DNA of 64,000 nucleotides from Catajapyx aquilonaris (taxonomy: Eukaryota): assembly GCA_000934665.2 (NCBI GenBank), contig KZ538211.1, positions 1-64,000 on the forward strand, given 5' to 3'. A program made the translations under genes and the position numbers. Position 1 is the first letter of the stretch; each line of letters starts with the position of its first letter. Shown in pieces: positions 28,301-43,300 of this stretch. The notes under the pieces are model-generated. The model was given only the letters and a program-made list of their open reading frames with translations. It was not told the DNA's origin and did no database searches.

Positions 28301-31300
28301 TTCGCCATTAGGATCCTTTCTCCCCCCCTGCTGGCTGCGGTGATATTACACGTGCCGGATCCGGTTTCCCCCCCAGCTCCTGAAGGAAGTGACGTCCAAT
28401 ATTAAGGGAAGGAGGGAAATGAAGATGGAAAAAAATCTGGTGATATAAAAATCAGGGGGGGACACCAAAATATTTCCTTAATCCAAACTCGAACTCATTG
28501 TCCCCCCTTATCTGGAGTCTTCCACACCCGAGAGCCAAGCCTCTTGGGAATTGTGCTTCGACTTCCTCCCACCCCGCAAAACCCAGCGAATATTATTTCC
28601 CGCGACATTAAAATTCTCTCTCCTCCTCTACTTATTCGGAGGAAGGGGGAGAAAACGAGTCGGTCTTCCATTCATAGCGCACGAGTTGCCCTATAAAAAG
28701 GGACGAGTGGGGTATAGAGAGAGGAGAGAAGGGGGGAAGGGGGAGAGAAAAAAATTTGCAACTAAAAAACCATAGAATCTGGGAATGAAAAGGATTTATG
28801 AAATGCTGAATGCGTAACTGCAAAACCGCACCAATCCGGGGGATAATTAGACTAATTAAAATGTATTTGCCATTTTGCGGTCACGGATTATCCCTAAACG
28901 CCAGTTGATTAGCGGAGTTACAAATAGAATTACGTAAACTGCGACGATTAATTGATGCGCACTGGACGAAAATGCATACAATTAGAGCGCGTTATAAGCG
29001 TCGGCCTGCTCCATTCGGACCGGCACTGATCTGGCTTTGATGGCCAGGGAGCTGCTGCCGCCAGCACACTTTCGGCACATTCGGGCAGGTCAAGAAAATG
29101 ACGCATCGGTAGTTGCGGCCGATCAAAAACCCCGGCCAATTGTGGAAGATCGCAGTCATCTGCGATGGGGGGTTTCCCCGTAACGAGCCGGCCATCTGCT
29201 GGCTCACCGTTTCAAGTATAGCCGCTACTGTGTCAAAACCTGGGGCCAGAAAATGACGTCCACTCAAATGAAGAGATGGCCCTCACCAAAAACCATCACC
29301 AGGCACACAAGATGTGGGGGTCGAGCCACAGCCAGCCATGCAGCCAGGGTCCCCCCCATAGAATGAAAATTCAGCAGAGGGTTGGCTCTCCCCCAACTCT
29401 ACATATGTTCCCCCCTTCCGCATCGTCAGCACATCATACATTCACAAACACGCATTCACGGCTTACGGAACTTCCTCAAACTCGTGTCACGCGCGATACG
29501 GATCGCAACCCCGGATGAAAATTTTTTGGCCGGAAGGACAAAATACGTGATGCGGCTTTGCTGGGGTCGGGGTCAACACGTGTTCTGCGAGCAGCCCAGG
29601 AGGTCCGGGTGCCACAAAACGGTCGACGATGTGCCCCATTCAAAATGGACTCTCAGGTCGAGAAACGATATTGTTGTCAATGCCACTGATCATGCATCAA
29701 GTGCGATTGATCCGGTGCATGCTCCTCAAAGAAAATGCAGCGTGCGTGTGTGAAAACCCACGGTGAGAGTAAAAGAGTCATACGTCTCCCCCCTCAATGG
29801 CCGCCATCTGCAAGTGAAATGACGACATCCCATCCCCACGCAAGCCAGCAGAGCAGACACGGGGCTGAGTACATTGGCCATTTGCTCCTTCAGCCATCCA
29901 GCCCCCTTGATCCAAGACGGAGGGAAGGAGGGAGGGCATCTACTCCATTACATCCGGCGGAACGACATTATTGCCTCATGCCTTTATTACTTTTATACGA
30001 CGTCAACTCTCCCCCCGTCTCTCTCCTTCCTCCTGCTGCCCATCTTAATTCTCCCGATGGCGTTGGTCTGGATGGATGTCAGCTGCATGGATCATCCGTC
30101 CATGCAGGACCCCCGTGTGGATACTTGGCCCTTCAGACGAAGATGACACACACACTCCCCTCACTGCCTGCAACAAACCCAAAACCACATCCTCTTCCAC
30201 CTCCTCAATTACCACCGATTCCAGGGGTCCAGGGGTGGTCCATCCTACACGTGCCAATACCGTAGAGGAGTATAGTTCCCTGGCCAAGTTCCCAATCAGT
30301 ATGACACTCGCTAATATAGTAATTTCCTTGAAACTGGCTGCTGGACCGAACCGCTCATATAAACGCCTTTCCCTTGTCCTGGGGACTCGAGCATAAAGCA
30401 ACACTATTATGTTATAGTCTTGGAATTGTGTTGCTGCGGCCCTTATTAGCTCTAGTTTCAAAACTGGTCCGCGCTACTAATTTCAAAGTCAGCCCGTGAA
30501 GCCGATGCAAGCAAGCAAGCAAGTAGTGTGTACCGGATTCGAAACTAGTCGCCAAGTTTCCCAAACTGTGCTACTGCAGTGAGAGGGGGTGATTAGTATA
30601 GGGATGGGAAAGTGGTGGCGGACAAGCCTCCAGGATAACCAAGTCCGGAATTAAATTGGATGTGGAGGATTTTGGCAAGTCCTCCTCCTCCTTGCTAATT
30701 CGCCTCACACCTCGGGGCATGTCCCCTCCAACTAACTTGGCTTTAAGTCTTTTCCCAGAGTCACCGTCCCCTCCGGACTGGCAAGGAGGAGATCCCTTCC
30801 AGCAGCTCTTACAAGCTTCCCCCGCCAATTGCTGCTGTTGGCTACACCCCCATCCAGAACGACGCCTATAACAATTAGACGTCCCTCGCCCGACGACTAC
30901 TGCCCACAGCGGTCAATTTGATCCTCCCTGACGGCCCTGGGGGACCCACCCAGCCCAGATGCAACAATAAGCACAAGTTACTCCTCCACATCAAACGCTG
31001 ATTCAGCAACGCCCAGCAGTTGGAGAGCATGGATGCTGATGCCAATGAATATGGCAGCCATGGCATGAAGGAAACAGCTGCCTGCCCTCTCTTCGGCCAC
31101 CGGGACCTGAACCCCTCCTCCTCCTCTTATATGGCGTGATGTTAATTAATTTACTTAGTGTACATTCGCTTAATGAAAATGGCATCGTAGAGGGGTCGTA
31201 AATTGGGCTCACCCCCTACCCCCGGGTAGAGGCAGCAGTAGCAGCAAGGGGGGATCCGCAATGCTGAGTTTGCAATGAAAACGGTGGTCCCCGGGGGATG

Positions 31301-34300
31301 CTCAACCCCCACCTGATTATCCGCGTTACTCAACACTTTGCCGCATTAATATCCGGTCGCAATCGCCTCCGTCCACGATCCGGTGCGGCGCGCGGCCGCC
31401 TTTGAATGCGCCCAAATGCCCATGCAAATGTGAAATTAGATCTGGTGCCACCTGCTCCTAACTCCCGGCCGCAGCTGACTTACATCTCAAAACGCACTCC
31501 CTACTCCTCCTCCCCCCTTATATATTTACAGTCAGTCGCTTTCTCTCTCTCTCTCCCAGCAGCCCAACTTCCCCCGAATCGCTTCAAATTTAAATTAGGC
31601 GCCGTTCTCCGGAGACTGCGGCCTAGGTGCACCCACCAGGCAGATAACCCAAGATGAGGTTTGAGTGACGCTCCTTTGGGGGCAACGGGGAAAACCCCCA
31701 TCTCCTATAACGCCCAAGGAAGAAGGGGGCCTCGGGGACACCACGACCCCGCTCTTATTTCCATTATTTTTAATGAAGGTGGTGAATATAGGCGTGTGTG
31801 TGCGGATGTGTGTACAGCAGACGGCACACAACAGGCGGAGGCGCAAAGTAATCTCCCTTTTCATCTTCTTGCTTCGGATTGTCCGGGCCTATTCAATGGC
31901 TCCCTACCCTCCTCCTGCTCCTCTCTGCAGAGGCTTGGGGTCCAGATGCATCGCAGGGGAGGGGAGTAGGATTACGTCGCATCAACAAGAGTTGGAATAT
32001 GGCCCACTCATATACTGTGGGTTCAGGACTTGAAGCTTTGTCTCGCTCCCCGCATAAACCAGCACATATCGTGGGCTATATACACTCAGAAGCAGTTGCA
32101 ACAAACACTGCATGCTATACTCCAACTGGCGGAACCTTATACTGTATGTTGAAAGGTCTACGGAGTACCAATCCAAAAATGCACATTTATCATCTCACTA
32201 ATTTTGCAGATTAGCACTTTTGTTGACAGCAACTAAATTTCTTCAGAAAACACTCCAATAGGTTGATGTGTTGTATGGTGAGAAGAGGAAGAAGTGCGTT
32301 GTCCTGAAATTCATTTTACATCTGTTTTATAACATTCACTCAACTATCAGCAAATATTGCAACGTGGAGCATAACACTATGCTCGGCTTCATGTCACGGT
32401 CCGTCACACTGGCGTAAACCCAGATTTGATGAGGCACAGTGAAGCCTGACATATACCAGACAGCGCAACTAGTTTCCCACAACTCCAGGCAGAACCCTAT
32501 GTCATTTGGAAAAGCCTCGTGCTGCTGAGGCTCGTCAGCATAATATCATGCGGATGTGATAATCTATAGCTAGGCCTTATAGTCAAGAAACGATGGCTAC
32601 GGTTTTTTTCTTTTCCTTCGCCCTCCTTGAGTGGTGCTGCTCCTTCCGCGCCAGCAATCAATTGGAAAAGAGGCAAGTCTGAAATCAGAAGCGGCAGCAT
32701 CCGTTAATTAGGCAACTCCCAAACCTCACATTTACTCGGCCTTTCTCATGACTCCTTCCACCAAGGGATGAAGTTTCATTCGCGGCTGCTGCTTCTTCCA
32801 AGGAAACTTCCTCCCTTCCCCTCCTCCCCTTCCCTCCCACTCCCCATCTTCCCGGACAAACTTTGCCTGGAATAATATTAGCATGCGGATGTTTTATTCC
32901 GTTGCTACTTCATCCCCGGCTTGAGTTTTCTCCCCCTCCCGCATTTTCCGGATGCAAATGAAGCGCAACAGGGAGAAAAAGGGAGATAGTATCCAGGGTA
33001 ACACGTACAAAGTTATGCATTGTAAAATGAATCGGAAAAAACCCCTCCTCCTCCTTCCCTCTCCTCCCCAGTCCCCACCTCTCCTTCTCTCTTTCCTTCC
33101 TGAGCTCTTAACATATACAAGCGGTTCCGTCAAGAAGCTCCTGGGCCTCGTTGCAAATTTAAATTGCACCTGCCGCTGCGTTATGGCACTACTTTCACCC
33201 TTTTAACCTAGCTGCACGGGGGCAAAGAGGGAAGACTTTGCAGAACAATAAACGACGTAGTAAGTGACGAGCCTAGCAGGGAACGCCATCTGTCGACGCC
33301 GCGGTCGATATCAGTCTGTTCTATAAGCCCTCGCTTTATCCAGCCAACAGCTGTACTATAACTATTGCAATTAAATACCGTTCGATTTACTCAATGTGCA
33401 ACGTCCACACTTCCATAAGACGACAGGTGAAGAGTTACGTATTGTTCGCGCCAGTATTAAACCAGCGGTATTGCCCCTATGTGAACAATCACATGTGTGC
33501 ACCCTGCTGTACATAGCAAACTGAAGCAATGTTGATGCAGGGGAGGTGTACTAGTTCTGATCCAAGCGTAAGCAAAATTTACGTATTTTCCAGCGCTTCG
33601 CCTGTATACCCACATGTGCTGGGCATGTTGAATTTGGGTGCCCGATTCCTGATGACCGGGCAGAAAATTCTCCCGCCGAGCGGAAAAGCAGCAAAAGTTC
33701 ATAAGGAGAGGCTTTTGGCATCATATAGTGAGAGTGGCCAACCAGCCAGCTCATCAATCTTATCCCCCTCCCCCCTTCCTCCTCCCATCCATATCCTTTT
33801 CTTCCTTGGGCGTCATCATCAGGGTGCTGACTTGCCGTGATTTATCTCTCACGTGAGGAGCAGCAGACCGGAATATAAGCACCCTAAAAAATTACTGGCT
33901 GGGCATATGGAAGGATTAGTACCATTTCGGCCAGGGCATCATCATCATCTTCTTCGGAATTAGCTCCTTTGGATCCTGGCAGCTCAGGTGGGTAAATGGG
34001 AGAAACTTCTGACCAGCAGCGATCACTGATACTGATTTTCTTTGTTTTTCCTTAGCTGCAATGGCATAATCAGTATTTTCAAGGCCACAAATGCGAGTAA
34101 CTAGAGTGATGCTGCAGGCATTCTGGTGGTTCACTATGGCTGGAGCCAGGCAGGCAGGCAGCAGCAGCAGCTAGGGCTCCGGACGCATGCTAATTAATTA
34201 GGTGCAGCTCGGGGAGATGCGTTCAATAACAATATCCTCTCCGGACCGAGATGAAATCAAATGTTGATTCAACTCTTCACATGGGCCCACCCGACTACTT

Positions 34301-34870
34301 TCTGGGCCGGGCTTCCCCATAATGATCTCGTTGCCCAAGCCTCGCTACGACAAACATATCCAGCGTTGCGCCTACGCTTACACGGCTTTTCCCGGAATGT
34401 CAACATTCCCCCGGAAATAATATAGATTCGCGCCCGACTACCCCACCCATCCCACCACCCACTGTAAAAAAAAGAGAGCCATTTTCCACCGACTCGCACA
34501 AAAGGGGGAGGCTGCATTACGCTGATTATTGACAGACGGAGTAATAAAATGGTGGCAACTTTGTACAGCGGCCTGGACTTTCCACCAACAATGTTTCCCT
34601 CTGTAGCCTACACTCAACCGACAGTAATTCGTGTGGCATCAAGTTCTTTACACTGCATGAGTAAACTGACAAAGGGCCGGACATTCGGAGAGAAGCGAAC
34701 ACAACTGCCACTGATTCGTCAAAGCCCTCTCGAAAAAACGCACTTCCCAATAATTTAAAATTATCCGCATATTTTAGCCAGCTCACTCGATTCGCATTTA
34801 ATTTACCCAAATGGGCATCTAATGGGTCAAAATCGAGTTGTGCAAATCATACACATTTCACATCACCAAA

Positions 34871-34931
34871 GTGTTTCACCTTATGGGTCACATACAATTA
34901 TTGTATATATGCGACCCATATGGTGAAACAC
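34871..34931. repeat. 61-nt near-perfect inverted repeat (hairpin)
   Basis: gtgtttcaccttatgggtcacata pairs with tatgcgacccatatggtgaaacac: 24-nt arms with 2 mismatches around caattattgtata. Confidence 0.85.
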
Positions 34932-37900
34932 CTCCTATATGACAGGATTGTGTCGTATACGTATCCTCGTTTGGAAAGTGTTTCGACAGGTTATTCTCTC
35001 AGTGGGCAGAAGAAGGATAAGCGAGGAACTGGAAGGTAGTGTGGGGCCCGGTTGCTTCTCCAGGCCGCTCTCTCCGCATCCCGGCGACATCTCTGGATGG
35101 CCAGCCAAACCTCCCCGGCTCTTTTCCCTACTCCGCCCTTTTCAATTGAATCATGCCGCCATCCCCAAACATGTAGGGTCCAGGAGTTGGATTATTGTCG
35201 GCTGTGCTGCCAATTCCCGCACGGTTTGCGGTGGTATGCCAAGCCAATATGTGCCGTACGCATTTTAAAATCGCGCGCACACCGGGGAAAAAAGCGGTAG
35301 ATAGAAAAAGCCGAGAGAGTTATGCTGTACTTATGCAACCGAGCGACGCAACGGCGCCGCCTCGTTAATCTCCTCACGTGCCGTGCGACTCTGCACAGCC
35401 ATTAATTCCGGGCAGAGTTCGGGCCCCTCCCAAAAATACGGTTTGCCGCGAAATTTGTACCAATTTGGGTTTGCACTGCGGAATAACAAACGAGCCTCTA
35501 ACATATGCTACCTGTCTGCAGGACCTGCAGCTCTTACAGGCCAGGGGAGGCCCGCTCTCCTAAATTCAGATTTAATGGCCCTGTTCCGATTCCATATTTT
35601 TGGCTTGCACTTTGGCCGCCCCCCGCTGCTGCACAATCTAGCCAAACCCTCGCACTTGTTGCAATGGCGCTGCACTGCCTACAGTACAAAAGATGCATAT
35701 GTAGCAGCTTAAAAATAATCAAACTTCCAAACTAATTTCTTCTTAGTCTGTTCGCTGGGGAAAACACTCGAACAATTTCCCCTCTATCTCCTCCTCCCAT
35801 TGTGAACTGGAACTGGCGCTGTGCACCACCTGGCACGGTGCTTCCAATACAGGGCAGAAGTAAGGGGTCATTTCCTGATCAATCTTTCACGCTTTGGGGG
35901 TTATCAGGTGGACGGAGGATAGCCAATATCTGAATGGCTTTGCGGACAACATGCAGGATGCAAGTGCATCAGCGTTATCGGCTGGCAATCCCCGATGCAG
36001 CAATCGAGCCACACCTGACTCGTAAAAGGGGGGGAAGCGCGCAAAGTAATGAACACAGGGGGGTTGAGGGGCGGGGGATATTTTCCCGGAGCCTGTCAGA
36101 TGCGAAAATTGGGAAATAAAACCAAAGTGTCGCGCGAGTCGAGTATTTTTGTGGGCTGGAGGGAGAGGGCCGAGGGAGTCCCAAAATGAGCGAGGCAGTG
36201 CCAGGTTAATGGAGACCAGGGGCCCGGAGAAAAGTCTAGGTCCTCCTCCCCTAATGAAAATTATCCCCAGACTTTCACACCGAGAGCGTTAATCTTTGGC
36301 CCGTCACTGCTGCGGCTTTTCCGGAATTCCTGAACGGCTCCCAAGCCGCCCCCGGGCACATATGTATACCGACGGAATGGGGGGAGAGATGTCCGCTGGG
36401 TTTTTCCTCCGCTCCATTTGCAGCTGGGATGCTTGGCTTCCGGATTCTGCATAGTGCATGGGATTCTCTGATAGGCAGGCAGGCATCCCACCTTTTGGCC
36501 CGGACGCTGATCCACCGTTACCATTTCACGCACGTCACTTTCCGCCGAATCATCACTCCCAAAGATAGCATTTCACACTCGGACCACTAGGAAGAAAAAA
36601 AAAGATACAAAAGAAGGGAAGGCTGGGGGAGAGAAAATCCGTGGGCTGAAGCACACTACACTTTTGTTCCACTCTCATTGATGCGGTTTCGCAACACCTG
36701 GCCCTCCCCGTGTCAATCTCCCGGAGAAGGCCGAGCTGCCATTGCAAATGTGTGCCTGCGGAGGTAATATACCGTGGACCCCGCTGCCTTTTATCCTGGA
36801 CGGGAGCGGATCATGTGCGGCTCTAACGCGTTGCGGGACTCCCTGCCCCGCAGGATACTGCCCAATATCCGCTCTAATCGCGTCAAGAGCGCCTAGCAGC
36901 ACACAAGAGGAGAGGCCTGCTGCACCTTTCTGTTCAGGTTCACTCAACCACTCCATCCCAGCTTCACCAAAATAATTCACGACTGCAGCACTTGCAAAAG
37001 ACAGACCAGAAAGTTACGGGGGAGCTGGCACCAGCGAACACCTTAATTTGCGTCCGTATACAACCGGGCCTAAGCAGCGTATGCCCAATAAAATATCCAA
37101 GTTATGCCGACAGTTTTGACTCCGAGGGAAGGTTCAGTTAGACCCAGCCGGATACGATAAGTGTAAGTAACGGTGAATTTGGGAGCAGCAGCTAGAGTGT
37201 AAAATAGCGAGCCTTCATTACGGCAGGAGTGTGAGCAGCAGCAGCATCCATGGGGTATATAAAGGGACGAGAGGTTTAAAGAGGGATGTCAACACCTTCC
37301 GGGACCGGTTTGATAAGGACTCCTTTTTCGAAAGGGGGGTAGAAGCTTATAGAACTATAGAGGAACACAACAGGAGAGCGGCCCTTATCGGCCCTTTAGG
37401 TCTTAAGTGCATTTTAATGCTCTTTTCACGGCCTATTGGATCAGTTCGGTTCCGATAAGACCGATCGGCAGCATGGGACTCCATCCCGATGCAATATGAC
37501 GAAAAAAGAGGGGGGGGGGGGGGGNTGACCTCAGTGCCGGGCGTTTATTAATTATTGGTGTGTATATGGCGAGTGAAAACGGTCGTTTTGAGCGGCCAGA
37601 TATGTATCCGGCAGTTTGCTGGGAACCGATCAAGCACTTGCGAATGACGTTTTTAGTGCACCGGTCGGGCGGCTATTTACGCCCGGCATAACTCCCGGGG
37701 CCAGCCAGCAACCAGCTTAATAATCCATCCGGAAAGCACCCCCCCCCTCCATAAACGATACACCCGTTTCCCATCGGGTTCGACCGATTTGATAACATTT
37801 CCCCCGGTCCGCACATAACAGCGGGCCGAATAACTTGTTAAAAGCCGCGGGCGCATCGTATAAAGTTTGGGTCGGCCGACAGCTATACGGGCTGGCCCGG

Positions 37901-40333
37901 AAAAGCATATAATTGTGCGTGATACTGGTCTAATTTCCCTCATCAATGCCAGGGCGGCAGAATAAAGGATGATGTGTGGAGGCCTGATGTATGAATGCGT
38001 GTGTGAGGCCCATCTCTCACCCATTTTTGCCTAATGAAGTTGCAATCATGCCGGCGACAAAACGCCCCCGACTATTTATTATTAAACGTCGACAAACGCA
38101 GCAACGGTGCCGATCATATATATACCCCACTCTTTTCCAGCCCTTTTGTCAACCCAGTAATGTCGCATGAAACGCCACCGCGGGGGGTTATCGTCGCCTC
38201 AAGTGAGTATGATTTGCCACACTCGCTCACACGTACTCGCCATGCATATAACCGTCATTAAAGCCTAATTGCACGCGCACCTCTCCCACCCTTTTTTTTC
38301 CAACCCGATTCGCTGGTCACAGTACAAGTCGGCTCAACAATAACCAGGGGTTTAGTTAAACGCACCTGGGTATTCTCACGTCATTAATATTTCAATTTTA
38401 CGGCCCACTAATGGCCATAACGTACACTAAGCACCACTAATTCTGCATACAGGCTGGTGTACTTCCCTATAGAAAGGAATAATGAAGACCAGCTGATGTA
38501 CTGTACAAGTATAAAAATTAATTAAATTTTTGCTTATATCTTGCATGCCAAATGACATCGAGTGCGCGGGAATCGAACGCGAGAGCAGCACAGCCGCGAT
38601 GCAATTAGCGCGTGTAATTTGAAGACGACGGAAAGGAATAGTTTCTGGTTGTAGAGAGCTAATTAGGTTTAATAAGTGAAAAAATGGCACGCAATTAAAA
38701 AGGCGGAATGATGGGCCTTGGGGTATGTATGTGGTACGCATCAGCAGCACCGGAGGCGGCGGAGTCGTCAGCCGGAAGACGAAGAAGCACTTGTGGGCTG
38801 GCAATGTTTTTCCCATCAGTTTTACAAATAAAAGGCAGGCGAAACAAAGCGTTCACAATGGAGGCACGCACGCCCACCAACTGCAAACAGATTTAAAAGA
38901 GTGTTCCTCCCACGGTGACACATATCTACGACCCAACACTCAGCTCGTAAACAAACAGGATTTCTTTGAGGATCCACAAAATGTGTGAGAGCCATTCCTT
39001 CCCCACAACAGCGCAATGGCACATTAATCCACCCAACACAAAGTGTAGCAAATTATTAAGCGTGTTCGGTCCCAAGGAACAAGTTCTGCTTCTCCGCAGG
39101 GAGCAACTGGATTCCTGCTCATTGAAAAAAAAGAACAAGAAAAGTCGAGGAAAAAAAAAAGTTCTAAAGGAAAGAAAGCGCGAGAGTGCAGGAGGGGGGG
39201 TTAGGGGGAGGAATGATGTGAAATTTTGTCACCAAACTCGCCACAAAAAAGCAGATATCAGTTAGACGGGACTGTTATTCGGGAAGGGCAGTTAATTCGA
39301 AATTTATTACCCCGTTTACATTCGAGTACAATATGGAATACTCACTCCTTTACTTGCAGCGAATGAAAACTGAACAAAACACGTCGGCAGATAAATGTTG
39401 GGGAACAACGCATTCGATTATAAGCACTACCTTCATTCGACACGCTTGTAGACGATAATTTCGTAGTTTCACAATGAAGATAAACTATGGCTTATTATTC
39501 CCAGACTATGTTTGCAAAAATAAAAAGGGGCGGCATATTGGCTACTTCTTTATACTGTATATGCCTCCGTTCAAGCCACATTACGCGGAGAAGACGGCTG
39601 AAAGCCTAGTTCACATTTGAAGGAGCGCAAATGCCTAATTAGAATATTAAAATTAGGAATGAAATCAAAGCTCCTACAGTAATGAAGAACTGTACGGATG
39701 ATTAGTCCACCCAGGCAAAAATGCTGTGCGGGACTCCGACCCCAAAAAATGTACACGGAGGGTATGTATTTTCCACATTAGCCCTGGTGATTGGAGTGTA
39801 GGCTTAATTAATCCCGGTTAGTTGAGCGGCTTCATCGTCCTAAAACAAACCCTAGGGCCATCAGGGAACTATTTTGGCGGCCCCCGAATAGTTTTTCTAA
39901 AAAATGACTCGATCCTGAGGGCATGTGAGGGATCCGAATCCGCCGAGCCCGGATTCGCTCAAAGGGAAGGCCATGGCTGATGCACACTATATAAACGCAA
40001 CTCGGTATCACTTTGTCGTGAAAAACACAAGAGGTGGAGGGGTAAGATATAAGGCTGGGAGGGGGGTGGGAGGGAGAATACAATGATCGTGATGGCGGGC
40101 TCCGCGGAGGAATTCTCTTCTCCCGCGGAATTTCGCAGGTGCTTGATAATCAGCCTTGTTGACCTTGAAGTTAAATGGCCTGCAATTTCGGGCCCGACAA
40201 CTAATCGAATCTCGCCGAACGCACGATCGGAGCAAATCTGCCATCATTTCCCAAGACCCCGGACCAGACTCGTGTTTTGTGCACGGAGATGGAAATTGCC
40301 AAGTTACGCATTTTCCCCTTACGCTGCTTGGGC

Positions 40334-40336
<3 letters not shown>

Positions 40337-40391
<55 letters not shown>
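40337..40391. repeat. (TC)27 microsatellite next to an ambiguous base
   Basis: Directly visible; n at 40399. Confidence 0.95.
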
Positions 40392-40394
<3 letters not shown>

Positions 40395-43300
40395 CTACNG
40401 TGGGTGGGTGGGAAAAGCCCTACACCACCACTTCACCGCGTAGAGCAGGGTAATGAGATAGATTGGATTGAACCGCCGACCCGGGTGGAGAGAGAGGGCC
40501 AGGTTAAAAAAAAAAAGCGAGGTTCAAAGGCCGTTCTGTAACTATGTGCTTTCAAGTTTCAGGCTCATGCATTACCATTAAATTTTCAATTCGGCAGGGT
40601 GTCTGACACGGTTATTTTTTGCGGGTATTTAACGGAATGTGCCGGGACCTAGTGCACGTGCTAACAGTTATTCCCAGCTGGCTGTTAATTCAGGTAATTT
40701 GACACATGGATTCCTCTCGTTAGGGCTGTGACTGGATGGGCCTGCCTGCCAGCCTGCCTGTATGTTGCTCCCGAGGCGTCGTGTCGTTCACTACCGTAGT
40801 ACACGCTGTACATGAGCGTGACAAAAAAACAAAAACTACGGGGGGATAGGCTGGCAAGGTGGCAATTACAAGAGCGAGCTGCCACTACATCATCTAAACA
40901 TTAAAAAAGGGGGCCAAATCCTGTCATTGAGCACTTGACACTCCAGATAAAAAGGGTGACAAGGCAAACCTGTCGCGCGGTGCTGGTTCAGCTCAAACCC
41001 CCTAAAGGACAAGCAGAGTACATTAGTTGTTGGTCCCAGTGGTTTTTGGTTGGTTGGTCTGGTGGGTGATGGTGGTGATGGCATCTGGTGCAATCAATGC
41101 CTGGTCGAGGAAGACCGAAGATGGCCGAGCAGCAAAGGACGGAGGGAGGGAGGGACGGAGGGAGGGAGGGAGGGAGGGATGAGGAGGAGGCATCAGCAGG
41201 GCCAGGCTGAGAGTTGCTGCTGCTGCTCTGAAAACCAGCTGGACTGGTCCACCTATCTGGCTCTCCCATCGTAACTCAGGTGATTCGCATACAGAAACGT
41301 AGCCCGAAACAGCCAGCCAGCCAGCAAGGGAGGGCAGCAGCTCTGGAGGGATAGAGTATGTACCAGGAAGCTTTCACGGATCTAACACCTACTGCAATGC
41401 CCACGCCAGGGGTCACCTTGGATGTACACATTTGGCATGCAGGGTATGTGAGAGAAAAAGAGATAGAGAGAGTGTGTGTGTGTGCTGGTGCTGCTGGATA
41501 ACGGAATAGGTGGCGATGGTGGCGTGACAGGCAAAGCGAAATATTCATTAAGAGGGGGGGCTAGGCCGGACCGAAGCAAATTGGGGGCCGAATCTCCGTT
41601 GACAGGCGCAGGCTGTTGAGGGATGGCGGTTGGGTGCATTTGCACCGTGAACAACTAACCTATTCAAAACACCCATCATTTTTCCTCCGCCATGAACACA
41701 CACACACACAGAGCTCGGCAGCATCACACAGCCAGCCAGCCGTGCAGGATCGACGACGCCAAGCATTCTCGCCTCTTACTTAATAGCGACCATCAAACGC
41801 TTCTCATGCCGACGACGATGCTGGTGCTCAAACCCCACTCGCCTTCCTATCGACGAACCCAAAAGTTCATCAGAAACTTTCCCAACACTGCCTCAATGAT
41901 TATCGGATTGTCCGGATGTCCCGATGGCAGTGGACTGCTGGCTGATACTGCGCACAATGTCATAGGGTCTGGAACTTATGCGCACAACTTATGTCTCCTG
42001 AATGTTCGTCAGGGCAGCGAAAAGGATATTCTACCAGAATTTTCGACAACAAAAAATTGTACTACAGTCTTATACAGTATGTATGGATCACACGTAGGAC
42101 TGGCAAATCTACAGATTGCCCCATAATATTGGGTGGGCCAACAAGGATGAAGGAAGTAACATTGCTAAGAAAAAGTATGCTTATTTAGCTGATTTTACGT
42201 AACCAGTTGGACCATCTTGTTGTCTCTTAGAGAACATTTTATTTGTCCCACTACATTGACAGAAATTTATTTTTATATACAGCATTTGATTGTGGAAGGA
42301 AACAGGATAGGAGAACCTCAAAAAAAGCAGCAGAATCGAAGTCGGGATCTCGGGGGTGATGTACCTTTTGTCGTGCAAGCCCTCAAACATTGTACAGCAC
42401 TTCTTACATCAGCTAAAAGTAAAGTCTGGTAAACACTGTAACGCAGATAAAGGAATCCTTCCCCTTAACATAGGTCGGGTAACTTAGTTTGGAAGCAAAA
42501 GTTCTCTGCGCGATGTCCGGATTCGCGTGTTTGTATTTCCAGGCTGGATGTGTGTACTTTGAAAGTATGCGCAGTTTCCGTCCGCGGTTGGATCGGGCTG
42601 TCTTTTTGGTTAATATTTAGGGGCTCGGGGTGTCGTGCCTTTCCCTGCCTGGAATAACCAGAGTTAATTTGTTTTTGTATTCGCTACTTTCATGAGGTAG
42701 GTAAGGGGTACATTCAAAACGCTGAGGATCGGGCATTTTAATAGTTCCTTATGGGAGGGCATGCCTCGCCATCGCACGTAACAAATGCCCAGAACGTGAT
42801 CCCTGAATATAACGAGGACTTCCTGTATTCCAACGCCATATTTTAACATCAATCATCGGAGATTTTCAAGTCCATTTTGGGATATTTACAACAGAGTTAT
42901 GGAGTTTGGGGGCTTAAGTCGGATGCAGACTCCTGCACTTTAAGGACTCATTATCCCGTCAGAAGAGTTAAGTTACAATGGCTTATTATCCCGCGTGACA
43001 TTTGAGAGCGGTTTGAGGCGAGAGATTTAAGGACTCCTTGAGATAGTCTACTTAGGGCATATTTATGGACATAAGTCGGGGCAAGTAGACTTTAAGTTGG
43101 GTTTAAAATGGAGTGTCCGCCCCTCGGGGGCCGTGCTTAGATCGGCGCATAGTTTCTCTCTCTCTTCACCGGTGTAATGATCAGGGCGTGCTACCCATGG
43201 AACCGCCTTGAGTTGGAGGCTATTTAAGGTGCACCCGATACCAATCTCCATCCCCAGGCAGGCCGAGAGAGAGCAAGTTGAACATTCCTGCGCTCCGAAA

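Noticed and set aside
42185..42417. 10-bp inverted repeat tttagctgat/atcagctaaa as MITE ends
   Set aside because: Too short, and no target-site duplication is evident.
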